DNA of 64,000 nucleotides from Chthoniobacterales bacterium. GTDB taxonomy: Bacteria; Verrucomicrobiota; Verrucomicrobiia; Chthoniobacterales; Chthoniobacteraceae. This document shows, piece by piece, positions 9,290-17,950 of this stretch. Location: assembly GCA_038207335.1 (NCBI GenBank), contig JBBQZX010000010.1:64001-128000 (forward strand), given 5' to 3'. Within the stretch, counting starts at the first letter, position 1, and every line of letters starts with the position of its first letter. The notes below the pieces were generated by a model. It did not search any database. It was given only the letters and a program-made list of their open reading frames with translations, and was not told where the DNA came from. The position numbers and the translations under genes were made by a program.

Positions 9290-9469
9290 GAGGCTGCGCG
9301 AGGGTGACGTAGAGGAAATTGCCGGAGCCGCAGGCGGGATCGAGGACGGTGACTTCGCAGAGCGCGGTATGGAAGCGGGTGATCTCGGCGCGGGCCGCGG
9401 GGTCGCCGCCGCGTTCGACCAGCGCGCCAGGAAATCGTCAAGGGAGGATTGCAGTTCAGCCGGGGCCAC
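9290..9469 (-). pseudogene. Relic of an MmeI/YeeA-like (type IIL/IIG) DNA adenine methyltransferase
   Basis: GTG 9469 gives [21 protein letters not shown]; a shifted frame then gives [33 protein letters not shown] (SAM-binding motif I), after which similarity stops. Confidence 0.75.
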
Positions 9470-9650
9470 GGCGGCGGAGAGTGGAGGGGAGATGGCCGCC
9501 CGGCAAGTCTGTGCTGCCCAAAGTGCGATCCCCCGCATTCGAAAAACACGATCAATCTCAGGCACGACTCCGTTTGCGCGCGGCCACTAAGAATCCGCGG
9601 ATACTGAACGCGCTCTCCACGATTGTGGCGATGATCGCCGAATGAAGCCG

Positions 9651-9902
9651 TCAACAGCGGTGCGGGGATGTGCGATGCGCGCCGAAGTATTTCTCGCTGC
9701 GGTAGCGAAGCCAGACGCGGAGAACCTGCGGGACTTTTTCCCGCTCGGCTTCGCTGAGGCTTTCGTAAAGGACAAGTGCTTTCTGACGTTCGCCTCGGCA
9801 GGCGCGATTGTTGTGAGCGTCCCAATAGCTGCGCGCCACGCGGATGCGGCGGCAGGTTTCCTTGATCAAGGATGCGCCGGTCAGGGGCTGGCCGGCCTTC
9901 AT
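9651..9902 (-). CDS. Small conserved hypothetical protein (83 aa)
   Basis: MKAGQPLTGASLIKETCRRIRVARSYWDAHNNRACRGER...LRVWLRYRSEKYFG; co-oriented with upstream genes. Confidence 0.7.
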   Translation of the reverse strand: MKAGQPLTGASLIKETCRRIRVARSYWDAHNNRACRGERQKALVLYESLSEAEREKVPQVLRVWLRYRSEKYFGAHRTSPHRC

Positions 9903-9996
9903 TTGACACCTGTAAATTTCATCACCCTGCCCGACGATTTGCGGAGCCGCCGTGTGGTCGGATGACAAGCGTTGGGATTGGGTGCGGTTCGCGTCT

Positions 9997-10866
9997 TCAC
10001 CGCGGCGATTTGATGGGGATGTCGAGAATCGTGCGGGGATCGACAGCCCAGGACTTTTTCACGAAGTCGTAGGGGAGGGCGAGGATGCGGTCGCGTGTGA
10101 TGCGCAGCACGGTGAACTCGGTCCACTTGGATTTCGGCGAGGGGAGTTGGACGAAGGGGAAGCCGCGATAGTGCTGGACGCTCGCGAAATGGTAGTGCCC
10201 GCCGAGGATGAGGATGACGTTGGCCGTGCCGATCGCGTCGATGAGCGCGTCTTTGTTGGTGATCGCGTCGTGGCAGAGATGCGTGACGATGACGATGGGC
10301 GCGTCCTTTGGGGCCTTTGCGAGTTCGCTGCGGAGAGTTTCGAGCGATTCCGCCGTGAGTGGCTGCGCAGGCTCCAGGCTCGCGTCGAAGGCGGACCACA
10401 GCATTATGAAGCGCACGCCGCCCGCGTCGAATGGGTAGCTGAGCGCCCCGTGGCGCGCGATCGCCCACTTTTTCATGGTGTCGGAGGGCTGGAGGCCGCC
10501 GTCGTCGTGATTGCCGATGACGTCGTAGGCGGGAAACTTGAGCCGGTTTTTCAGGAGATCGTCATACGTCTTCATCGCGGCGTAGGTCGGCCATTCCGTG
10601 ATGTCGCCCGCGCCAAGCACGAACTCGGGGCGCGCGACTTTACCGCGGATCTTTTCGGGATATGGCGTCCCCTCCATCACGTTCATCGCATCTACAAAGG
10701 GGATCACATGCGCCGCGGCTCCGCTGGTTTCGATGTGCTGATCCGACCATCCGAAGAACGTCAGGCCGGCATCGCTCGCCACGTCCTGCGCCACTCCCGG
10801 AGCGACCGCGAGCGAGAAGAGCGCGAGGACAGCGAGCAGCACTCGGAGCGAGAACGATCGTTTCAT
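9997..10866 (-). CDS. Secreted calcineurin-like metallophosphoesterase
   Basis: Signal peptide; SDQH, AGDITE, GNHD, VTH and GGHYH motifs. Confidence 0.9.
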   Translation of the reverse strand: MKRSFSLRVLLAVLALFSLAVAPGVAQDVASDAGLTFFGWSDQHIETSGAAAHVIPFVDAMNVMEGTPYPEKIRGKVARPEFVLGAGDITEWPTYAAMKTYDDLLKNRLKFPAYDVIGNHDDGGLQPSDTMKKWAIARHGALSYPFDAGGVRFIMLWSAFDASLEPAQPLTAESLETLRSELAKAPKDAPIVIVTHLCHDAITNKDALIDAIGTANVILILGGHYHFASVQHYRGFPFVQLPSPKSKWTEFTVLRITRDRILALPYDFVKKSWAVDPRTILDIPIKSPR

Positions 10867-10930
10867 CACACTGATGCTTACCCACCTGCCGCCCTGGGAG
10901 ATGAGCGCGAAGCGCGGCATCGCGTGAGTC

Positions 10931-11485
10931 TTACTGCGCGGTGAGCGCTTTCTCGATCTGTCCGGCGAGGACCGTGGAGTCGGGCTCGGTGTCTGAATCG
11001 AAGCGGGCGAGGAGTTTGCCGTCCTTGCCGATCAGGAATTTGCCGAAGTTCCACTGAATGTCTCCGGGCATCGGAGAGCCCTTCCCAGTCAACTCGCGGA
11101 AGAGCGGGTGCTGCTCGGGGCCTTTGACGTGGATCTTCGAGAACATGGGAAAGGTGACATTGAACTTCGAGGTGCAGAACTGCTTGATCTCAGCATCGGT
11201 GCCGGGTTCCTGCGCGCCGAAGTCGTTGGCGGGAAAGCCGAGCACGGCGAAGCCCTTGTCTTTGTATTTTTTCCAGAGCGTCTCGAGGCCATCATACTGA
11301 CGGGTGAAGCCGCACTGGGAGGCGACGTTGACGATCAAGAGCACCTTGCCGGCGTAGGGCTTGAGGGAGGTGTCTTTTCCGTCGATGTCCTTGAGCGGGA
11401 TGGACGCGAGTTCCGGCGCCGCGTGAGAGATGGATGCGAGCATCGGGAGGGTGAGAGCGAGGGTGAGGGTGGTGAGGAGGTTCAT
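10931..11485 (-). CDS. Glutathione peroxidase family protein (Cys type, signal peptide)
   Basis: NVASQCGFT, GFPANDFGAQEPG, WNFGKFLI. Confidence 0.95.
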   Translation of the reverse strand: MNLLTTLTLALTLPMLASISHAAPELASIPLKDIDGKDTSLKPYAGKVLLIVNVASQCGFTRQYDGLETLWKKYKDKGFAVLGFPANDFGAQEPGTDAEIKQFCTSKFNVTFPMFSKIHVKGPEQHPLFRELTGKGSPMPGDIQWNFGKFLIGKDGKLLARFDSDTEPDSTVLAGQIEKALTAQ

Positions 11486-11503
11486 GGGTGAAGTTGTGGG
11501 GAG

Positions 11504-11659
11504 TTATTTTTGGAGTAGGAGACAGATGCCAGCGACCAACGCCAGTAGCGGAAGTAGAATGTGGAGCTGACCGAGATTGATCCCGAACAGACCCATGAGG
11601 CCTATGACAACGAGGTAGATCGCGAGGAGGATAATGCCGAGGTTTTTGGGACGGTTCAT
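11504..11659 (-). CDS. Small two-TM membrane protein (51 aa)
   Basis: MNRPKNLGIILLAIYLVVIGLMGLFGINLGQLHILLPLLALVAGICLLLQK*; not in the ORF track; ends 18 nt before the peroxidase start. Confidence 0.7.
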   Translation of the reverse strand: MNRPKNLGIILLAIYLVVIGLMGLFGINLGQLHILLPLLALVAGICLLLQK

Positions 11660-11849
11660 CGTGTGGGAGCCACCATTTCAGGAACGCGTCTCAATGTCAT
11701 CCAGCGAAGCCCACAGGCCAGCTCACCGAGTCCCCGGTGGTCCACTCACTCCGCGCTCGGTGGTGGGACGAGCGAGGCGATGTCGATCCCGTAGCTCCGC
11801 CGCGTAGGCGTGCCGCTGCCCCCCGCTGCGATTCACTGCCCGAGCGCTG

Positions 11850-14075
11850 ATGCCCCATTTTCTCCTCCTCCCATTCCTCGCCGCGGCCACCGGACATTCG
11901 GATCACAAAGTCGCGATCTTTTTCACCCAGATCGCGCTGCTCATCCTCGTGGGCCGCCTGCTCGGCGAGGCCATGCAGCGCATCGGCCAGCCCGCCGTCA
12001 TCGGCCAGCTCCTCGCGGGCATCATCCTCGGGCCGACCGTCTTCGGCTCGCTGTGGCCCTCGCTCCAGCAGACCATTTTCCCCACGGCCTCGGCAGACCG
12101 CCAGATGCTCTCCGCCGTCTCGGAACTCGGCGTGCTCATGCTGCTTTTGCTCACCGGCATGGAGACCGATCTCGCGCTCGTGAAGCGCGTTCGCCGCACC
12201 GCCGCCATCGTCTCCGCGGCCGGCATCATCATCCCCTTTGCCTGCGGTTACGCGCTCGGCGAGCTGCTTCCCGCGAGCATCCTCCCCGATCCAGAGCGCC
12301 GCCTCATCACGTCGCTTTTCCTCGCCACCGCGCTCTCCATTTCCTCGGTGAAAATCGTGGCCGCGGTGCTCCGTGAGGTCGATTTTCTCCGGCGCGATCT
12401 CGGCCAGATCATCCTCGCTGCGGCGATCCTCGACGACACGATCGGCTGGACGATCCTTGCCTTCATCGGCGGCGTCGCGGCGCATGGCAAAATCGTGCTC
12501 GGCCCTGTGCTCATCAGCGTCTGCGGCACGGTCGTCTTCCTCGCCGTCTGCTTCACCGTGGGGCATCGCTGGGTTGCGCGCATCATCCGTTGGGCAAATG
12601 ACCGGCTCATCATGGAGATGCCCGTCATCAGCGCCATCCTCGTGCTCATGATCGCTCTGTCGCTCCTCACGGATTTGATCGGCGTACACACTGTCCTCGG
12701 CGCATTCGTGGCGGGCATCATGATCGGCCAGTCGCCGATTTTGACGAAGCACATTGAGGAGCAACTGCGCGGCCTCATCGTGGCGCTTTTCATGCCCGTC
12801 TTCTTCGGAGTGGCCGGCCTTTCCATCAATCTGAAGGTCCTCGCCGATCCGCAACTCCTCGGCCTCGCCGTGCTCGTCATCGGCATCGCGAGCATCGGGA
12901 AGCTCGGCGGCTGCTACGTCGGCAGCCGGCTCGCGCGCTTGAATTCGCGCGAGTCGCTCGCCATTGGCCTCGGCATGAATGCGCGCGGCTCCACCGAAGT
13001 CATCCTCGCCACCATCGGCCTCGCGATGGGCGTGCTGAACCAGCGCCTCTTCACGATCATCGTCCTCATGGCGGTCGTCACCACGCTCATCATGCCGCCG
13101 CTGCTGCGCTGGGCGCTCGCGCGAGTGCAGACGCGACCGGAGGAAAAGGAACGCCTCGAAACTCAGGAAGCCGAACTCAAAGACCTCATGCCGAAAATCG
13201 AACGCGTCCTCGTCGGCCTCGACGCCAGCCGTGAAGCGCGCCTCGCCAGCCAGCTCGCAGGCTGGCTCGTCGGCGCGCGTCGGCTCACCGCGACTGTCGT
13301 CGATTCGGGTGGCGGCGAGAACGGCCCAGCGGAATCCGTGCGCACCGCCGCGACCGAGGCGGGGCTCGCGCTCTCCGCCAGCGATGCGGAGAAAATCGCG
13401 ACTGCATCCGAGACCGTCGGCGCTTCCGAAAAAGCGCCCACCAAACCCGCGCCGAGCAAGGACATGATCGCGATCCACTTTGTCCAAGAGCAAAGCCCCG
13501 AAGTGGCGATCCTTGCCGAAGCAGGGAACGGCTACGGCCTCCTCGTGCTCGGCCTCGACGGCGCGCGCGGCATCTCGCCCGCCGTCGAGAAAATCGTCCG
13601 GGATTTCAATGGCCCAGTCGCCGTCCTGCTGAACGCCTCTGGCAACCCGGCGACTTCGCGCACGCCGCTCGAAAAGATTTTGGTGCCCGCCACCGGCGCG
13701 GACTACTCGCGCTTCGGCGCGGAGGTCGCAGTCGCGATTGCAAAAGGCTGCCGGGCCTCGATCACCGCGCTGAACGTCTCCGCACCACCCGCTGAAAGCG
13801 AGCTGCTGCGCCGCCCCGAAAAACTTCTCCGCACCGGCCGCGCGCTCCTCGCGGACATCGCCGCGCTCGGCCAGCGAGAAGACGTGCGCGTCGTCACGAA
13901 GACGCTCGTCAGTCCGGCGAAAGAACGCGCGATCCTGCGCCAGGCACGCCTCGGAGGACACCAGCTCATCGTCCTCGGCACCACCGCCACATCCGCCGGC
14001 GAGCTGCACTTTGGCCAGAGCGCCGAGGCGATCATTGCCAGCGCCCCCTGCCCCGTCCTCATCGTGAAATCGTAG
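11850..14075 (+). CDS. Cation:proton antiporter (CPA2/CHX-like) with C-terminal universal stress protein domains
   Basis: QPAVIGQLLAGIILGP, AAILDDTIGW, GMNARG; many TM helices; USP-like ILVPATG and APCPVLIVK. Confidence 0.92.
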   Translation: MPHFLLLPFLAAATGHSDHKVAIFFTQIALLILVGRLLGEAMQRIGQPAVIGQLLAGIILGPTVFGSLWPSLQQTIFPTASADRQMLSAVSELGVLMLLLLTGMETDLALVKRVRRTAAIVSAAGIIIPFACGYALGELLPASILPDPERRLITSLFLATALSISSVKIVAAVLREVDFLRRDLGQIILAAAILDDTIGWTILAFIGGVAAHGKIVLGPVLISVCGTVVFLAVCFTVGHRWVARIIRWANDRLIMEMPVISAILVLMIALSLLTDLIGVHTVLGAFVAGIMIGQSPILTKHIEEQLRGLIVALFMPVFFGVAGLSINLKVLADPQLLGLAVLVIGIASIGKLGGCYVGSRLARLNSRESLAIGLGMNARGSTEVILATIGLAMGVLNQRLFTIIVLMAVVTTLIMPPLLRWALARVQTRPEEKERLETQEAELKDLMPKIERVLVGLDASREARLASQLAGWLVGARRLTATVVDSGGGENGPAESVRTAATEAGLALSASDAEKIATASETVGASEKAPTKPAPSKDMIAIHFVQEQSPEVAILAEAGNGYGLLVLGLDGARGISPAVEKIVRDFNGPVAVLLNASGNPATSRTPLEKILVPATGADYSRFGAEVAVAIAKGCRASITALNVSAPPAESELLRRPEKLLRTGRALLADIAALGQREDVRVVTKTLVSPAKERAILRQARLGGHQLIVLGTTATSAGELHFGQSAEAIIASAPCPVLIVKS

Positions 14076-14132
14076 CGCGGAGTCGGCAGATTCCGTTTGC
14101 CCGCGAGTCCCACGCGCGAAGAACCTCCCATC

Positions 14133-15446
14133 ATGCCGCGCCTCTCCCTCCTCCTCGCCGCCTTCGTCTGCCTCTCCACGAATCTCCCCGCAGCCGAGGA
14201 CAAGCCGCGTCCGCTCATGCGCGATTTTATCGGCATGTGCGTTCACACCGTGCAGTTCAAGCCACAGCTTTACGCGCCGGTCACGAGCGTCGTCCGCGAC
14301 TATCATCCGCTGAAATGGGACATCGGGGATGACACGAGTTACGCGACGAAATTCCCGATGGCGCGCAACGGCGTCGATTGGGGGAAGATGTATGGTGGCT
14401 GGAAAATGGACGGATATCGGATCGAGGCGAGCATCCAGTTCGACGACATCCCGGCCACCGAATGGCGCGACCTCCCGCGCGATGCCGCGGCTTACGGCAA
14501 GAGCTTCGCGAGCTTTTTCGGCCCCTCTCACGAAGCTCTCGTCGAGGCCGTGGAGATCGGAAACGAACCCGGAAAATACGACGACGCCACCTACCGCACA
14601 CTCTTCACCGCGATGGCAGGCGGCGTGCGCGAGGGCGATCCGAAAATGCGCATCGCCACAGCCGCCGCAGACCTGCGCGGGAGCAGCCGCTACTTCCGCG
14701 GCATCGAAGTCTTCGCCGGTCTCGAAAGCCTCTACGACATCGTCAACATCCACACCTACGCCGACGCCGGCGGCTGGCCCACATGGCGCCGCAGCTACCC
14801 CGAGGACAGCGCGATCGAGTTCCTGAAAATCATCCGCGACACCGTGAAGTGGCGCGACGAAAAAGCGCCCGGCAAGGAAGTCTGGATCACCGAATTCGGC
14901 TGGGACGCCTCGACGAAACTCGCGCCAAAAGAAGGCGACTTCGCAAAGTGGGAAGGCTCCACCGAGCAACAACAGGCGCAGTGGATCGTGCGTGCCTACA
15001 TGGTCCTCGCACGCGAGCGAATCGATCGCGCATACCTCTATTTCTTCAACGACACCGACGACGCGCACGTCCACGGCTCCTCCGGTCTAACCCGCAATTT
15101 CGAGCCGAAGAAATCATTCTACGCCGTCGCACAACTCCAGCGCGTGCTAGGCGACTACCGCTTCACCCGAGCCGTGCGCGAGGATGCGAACGACGGGTAC
15201 ATCTACGAATTTGAAAACACTGCAACCCCGCCGCAAAAGGTCTGGGCCGCGTGGCGTACCAAGGGCGTTGAAGCGGCAATGACGCTGCCAAAACTCGAGG
15301 GCGCAAAGGTCGAAAAAGCCGAACGGATGGCCGATAGCGCTACCAGCCCTGGATCGCCCAAATTCGTCAACCAGCCCGACGGCACCGCGCAGATCGACGT
15401 GGGAGAAAGCCCGGTCTTTCTCTGGCTTGCAGACGCTCCGCACTGA
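14133..15446 (+). CDS. Secreted clan GH-A glycoside hydrolase-like protein
   Basis: Signal peptide; EIGNEP (acid/base), NIHTY and VWITEFGW (nucleophile) motifs. Confidence 0.75.
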   Translation: MPRLSLLLAAFVCLSTNLPAAEDKPRPLMRDFIGMCVHTVQFKPQLYAPVTSVVRDYHPLKWDIGDDTSYATKFPMARNGVDWGKMYGGWKMDGYRIEASIQFDDIPATEWRDLPRDAAAYGKSFASFFGPSHEALVEAVEIGNEPGKYDDATYRTLFTAMAGGVREGDPKMRIATAAADLRGSSRYFRGIEVFAGLESLYDIVNIHTYADAGGWPTWRRSYPEDSAIEFLKIIRDTVKWRDEKAPGKEVWITEFGWDASTKLAPKEGDFAKWEGSTEQQQAQWIVRAYMVLARERIDRAYLYFFNDTDDAHVHGSSGLTRNFEPKKSFYAVAQLQRVLGDYRFTRAVREDANDGYIYEFENTATPPQKVWAAWRTKGVEAAMTLPKLEGAKVEKAERMADSATSPGSPKFVNQPDGTAQIDVGESPVFLWLADAPH

Positions 15447-15544
15447 CGGCTCGCGTGCCGGTCGCCATCTTTCCAGAAGGTGACAACTTCGTGACTTGAC
15501 CGGTTTTCCGTTGCGCAGTCCCCGTGTGGCACCACGCTGACGCC

Positions 15545-17221
15545 ATGAAGCTTCCCCCGTTCCCCACGGCGTGCGGCGTGATCGCCGCTGTGGCGCTTGC
15601 TGCGGGCTCCGCGTTTGCAGACACCGTCGAGCTCGCGCTCGATCTCAATCCCGGCGCGCGCGGCTCCGGCCCATCGTATCTCGTCGCCTATCGCGGCGAG
15701 ATTTTCTTTCGCTCGAACAGCGATTTGCAGGACGTCGAACTCTGGCGCTTCGATGGCACCACGGCAGCGCGCGTCGCCGACATCAACCCAAACGGCAGCT
15801 CCACCCCCACCGACCTGACCGTCGCCAACGACACGCTCTACTTTACCGCGAATGACGGCAGCGGCCCGCGCCTGTGGTCGTGGAATGGGATCGCGGTCAC
15901 CAAAGTCGCAGCGGCGATCTCCGTGCAGAATCCGGGAGAAATGATCGCGTTCAAAGGGGATCTCTATTTTCGTGGAACGCGGTTCTCCGATGTCGGCACC
16001 GAGCTCTTTCGCTACGACGGCAGTTCGCTGCAAGTCATCGACATTTACCCCGGCACCGGCAGCGGGTACCCCCAGCATTTCGCGGAATACAGCGGCGCGC
16101 TCTATTTCAGCGCCGACGGCCAACCGGGACAAGGCTCCGAGCTGTGGCGCTACGACGGCACGACGCTCTCGAAGGCTGGCCAGAACATCAACCCCGGCAA
16201 CGGCTCCGCGCCCGCCTGGCTCACCGTCTTCGCCGGGAAGCTCTACTTTCAAGCATACGAGCCTGCGCACGGCAACGAGCTGTGGAGCTTCGACGGCACC
16301 ACATCCCAGCTCGTCGCCGATTTCGTCCCCGGTTCGCAGGGCTTCGATCCGAGCGGGCTTACGGTTTTTGAGAACGCACTCTACTTTGCAGCGAACGACC
16401 ACACTCCCGCTGGCATCGAGCTTTGGAAATTCGACGGCACGCAGTTCGCGATGATCGCCGATATCAATCCGAATCTTGCTTCCGGCGGCGACGATTTCCT
16501 CGCCGATTCGACGCCCTCGGACTTCGCCATTCATCGCGGAAAGCTCTACTTTCTCGCGACCGACGGCTCGCACGGCAGCGAGCTGTGGGTCTATTCCGGC
16601 AGCGGCGCGCCGCAGATGGTCGCCGACATTTACAGCGGCAGCTACGGGTCGAATGGAAGCGGGCTGCGCGCGATCAACGACGGCCTTTTCCTCGCCGCCG
16701 ACTCCGGCGATGGATTCGGGCAGGAGCTTTACCGGCTCGTCCCCTCGCCCGTCACGGACACGGATGGCGATGGAATGCCAGACGCTTACGAAACCGAGCA
16801 CGGGCTCAATCCGGCGCTCGACGACGCCGCGCTCGATCTCGATGGCGATGGCGTGAGCAACGGCGGCGAATACGCCGCCGGCTCCGATCCCGCGAGCCCG
16901 CCCTCCGCGTTCCGCGCCGAACTCGATGGCACCTTCCGACTCTCGTGGCCCAGCGTGCCCGGCAAGACCTACCTCGTCACCGCCGATACCGGTGCCGGCT
17001 TTCAGCCCTTCGAGACGGTGAGTGCGGCGCCCGCTCCCGCGGATCGCACGGTTTTAAAAGTCGCGCCGCCCGCGAGTGGAGCATTGCTTTTCCGAATCGG
17101 CATCGCAGCGGAAGCGCAGTCTCTTGCCGCAGCGGCGCTCGCGCCGACCATCCCGCAGGCGGCGAAAACGGTGAAGCCCGTGAAAAAAAGTGCGGCCCAC
17201 CGCCGCGTGCGTCGCCGCTAA
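15545..17221 (+). CDS. ELWxxDGT-repeat secreted beta-propeller protein
   Basis: ELWRFDGT, ELWRYDGT, ELWSFDGT, ELWKFDGT repeats; DTDGDGMPD module near the C-terminus. Confidence 0.9.
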   Translation: MKLPPFPTACGVIAAVALAAGSAFADTVELALDLNPGARGSGPSYLVAYRGEIFFRSNSDLQDVELWRFDGTTAARVADINPNGSSTPTDLTVANDTLYFTANDGSGPRLWSWNGIAVTKVAAAISVQNPGEMIAFKGDLYFRGTRFSDVGTELFRYDGSSLQVIDIYPGTGSGYPQHFAEYSGALYFSADGQPGQGSELWRYDGTTLSKAGQNINPGNGSAPAWLTVFAGKLYFQAYEPAHGNELWSFDGTTSQLVADFVPGSQGFDPSGLTVFENALYFAANDHTPAGIELWKFDGTQFAMIADINPNLASGGDDFLADSTPSDFAIHRGKLYFLATDGSHGSELWVYSGSGAPQMVADIYSGSYGSNGSGLRAINDGLFLAADSGDGFGQELYRLVPSPVTDTDGDGMPDAYETEHGLNPALDDAALDLDGDGVSNGGEYAAGSDPASPPSAFRAELDGTFRLSWPSVPGKTYLVTADTGAGFQPFETVSAAPAPADRTVLKVAPPASGALLFRIGIAAEAQSLAAAALAPTIPQAAKTVKPVKKSAAHRRVRRR

Positions 17222-17251
17222 CTTTCCAAGGCGGCAGGCAGCCGCTCACGA

Positions 17252-17941
17252 TCAAAGAGCCTCGAATTTGTAGCCGAATTCGCGGACGGTTTTGATATGC
17301 TGCGGCGTGACGGGGTCGGGTTCGATCTTTGCGCGGAGGGCGTTGATGAAGCGGTCGATGCTGCGCAACGTGACGCTGCAATCGTAGCCCCAGACGCTGC
17401 TCATGATGGTGTCGCGGCTGAGCGCGCGGCCCGCATTCGTGACGAGATATGCGAGCAGATCGAACTCCTTTGGCGAGAGCGGGACGTCGTTCCCGGCTCG
17501 GGTGAGCGTGTGCGCTGCAGTGTCGAGTTGGCATTTTCCAAACTCGAAAACGTGTGAGGCTGGGAGACGCCGACGGCGCAGGACCGCGTCGGCGCGGGCA
17601 AGCAGTTCCTTGATGCTGAATGGCTTCGTGACGTAGTCGTCTGCGCCGAGTTTCAGGCCGAGCACGATGTCGGAATCCTGGCCTTTCGCAGTGAGCATGA
17701 TGACGGGCATCTCGAGCTTTTCCTCGCGGAGGAAGCGGCAGATTTCGTAGCCATTCACCTTCGGCAGCATCAGGTCCAGGATGATGAGGTCGGGCTGGAT
17801 TTTGAGCGCGGTTTTGAGCCCGGCATCGCCATCCGCGGCGGTGGCGACGCGGTATCCCTCGAACTCGAAATTGTCCTTCAGCCCGCGCAGCATGGCGGGG
17901 TCGTCTTCGATGATAAGGACGGTTTCGGTGCGCGCGTGCAT
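17252..17941 (-). CDS. OmpR/PhoB-family response regulator
   Basis: IIEDD, ILDLMLP, MLTAK, DDYVTKPF; winged helix with LRAKIE and TVREFGYKF. Confidence 0.96.
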   Translation of the reverse strand: MHARTETVLIIEDDPAMLRGLKDNFEFEGYRVATAADGDAGLKTALKIQPDLIILDLMLPKVNGYEICRFLREEKLEMPVIMLTAKGQDSDIVLGLKLGADDYVTKPFSIKELLARADAVLRRRRLPASHVFEFGKCQLDTAAHTLTRAGNDVPLSPKEFDLLAYLVTNAGRALSRDTIMSSVWGYDCSVTLRSIDRFINALRAKIEPDPVTPQHIKTVREFGYKFEAL

Positions 17942-17950
17942 CCTCGGATT

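Larger units (their letters stand above)
857..9470. mobile_element. Decayed genomic island/accessory region downstream of tRNA-Ser
   Basis: Begins at the tRNA 3' end. Visibly lower GC than the flanks up to about 8.9 kb. Holds unrelated small genes, at least 5 disrupted genes and replication-like relics. No integrase or direct-repeat attR found; right boundary approximate. Confidence 0.65.

Noticed and set aside
9284..9293. Minus-strand CCTCCGCCAG as attR
   Set aside because: Only about 8 nt identical to the tRNA end, inverted, and in GC-rich DNA; compatible with chance.
10931..11485. Selenocysteine glutathione peroxidase
   Set aside because: The active-site codon is TGC (Cys); no in-frame TGA.
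11697..15074. 1125-aa minus-strand ORF, and similar long ORFs at 20474-22921, 39512-41635 and 41844-45461
   Set aside because: Antisense shadows of well-supported genes, caused by high GC3; no recognisable motifs.
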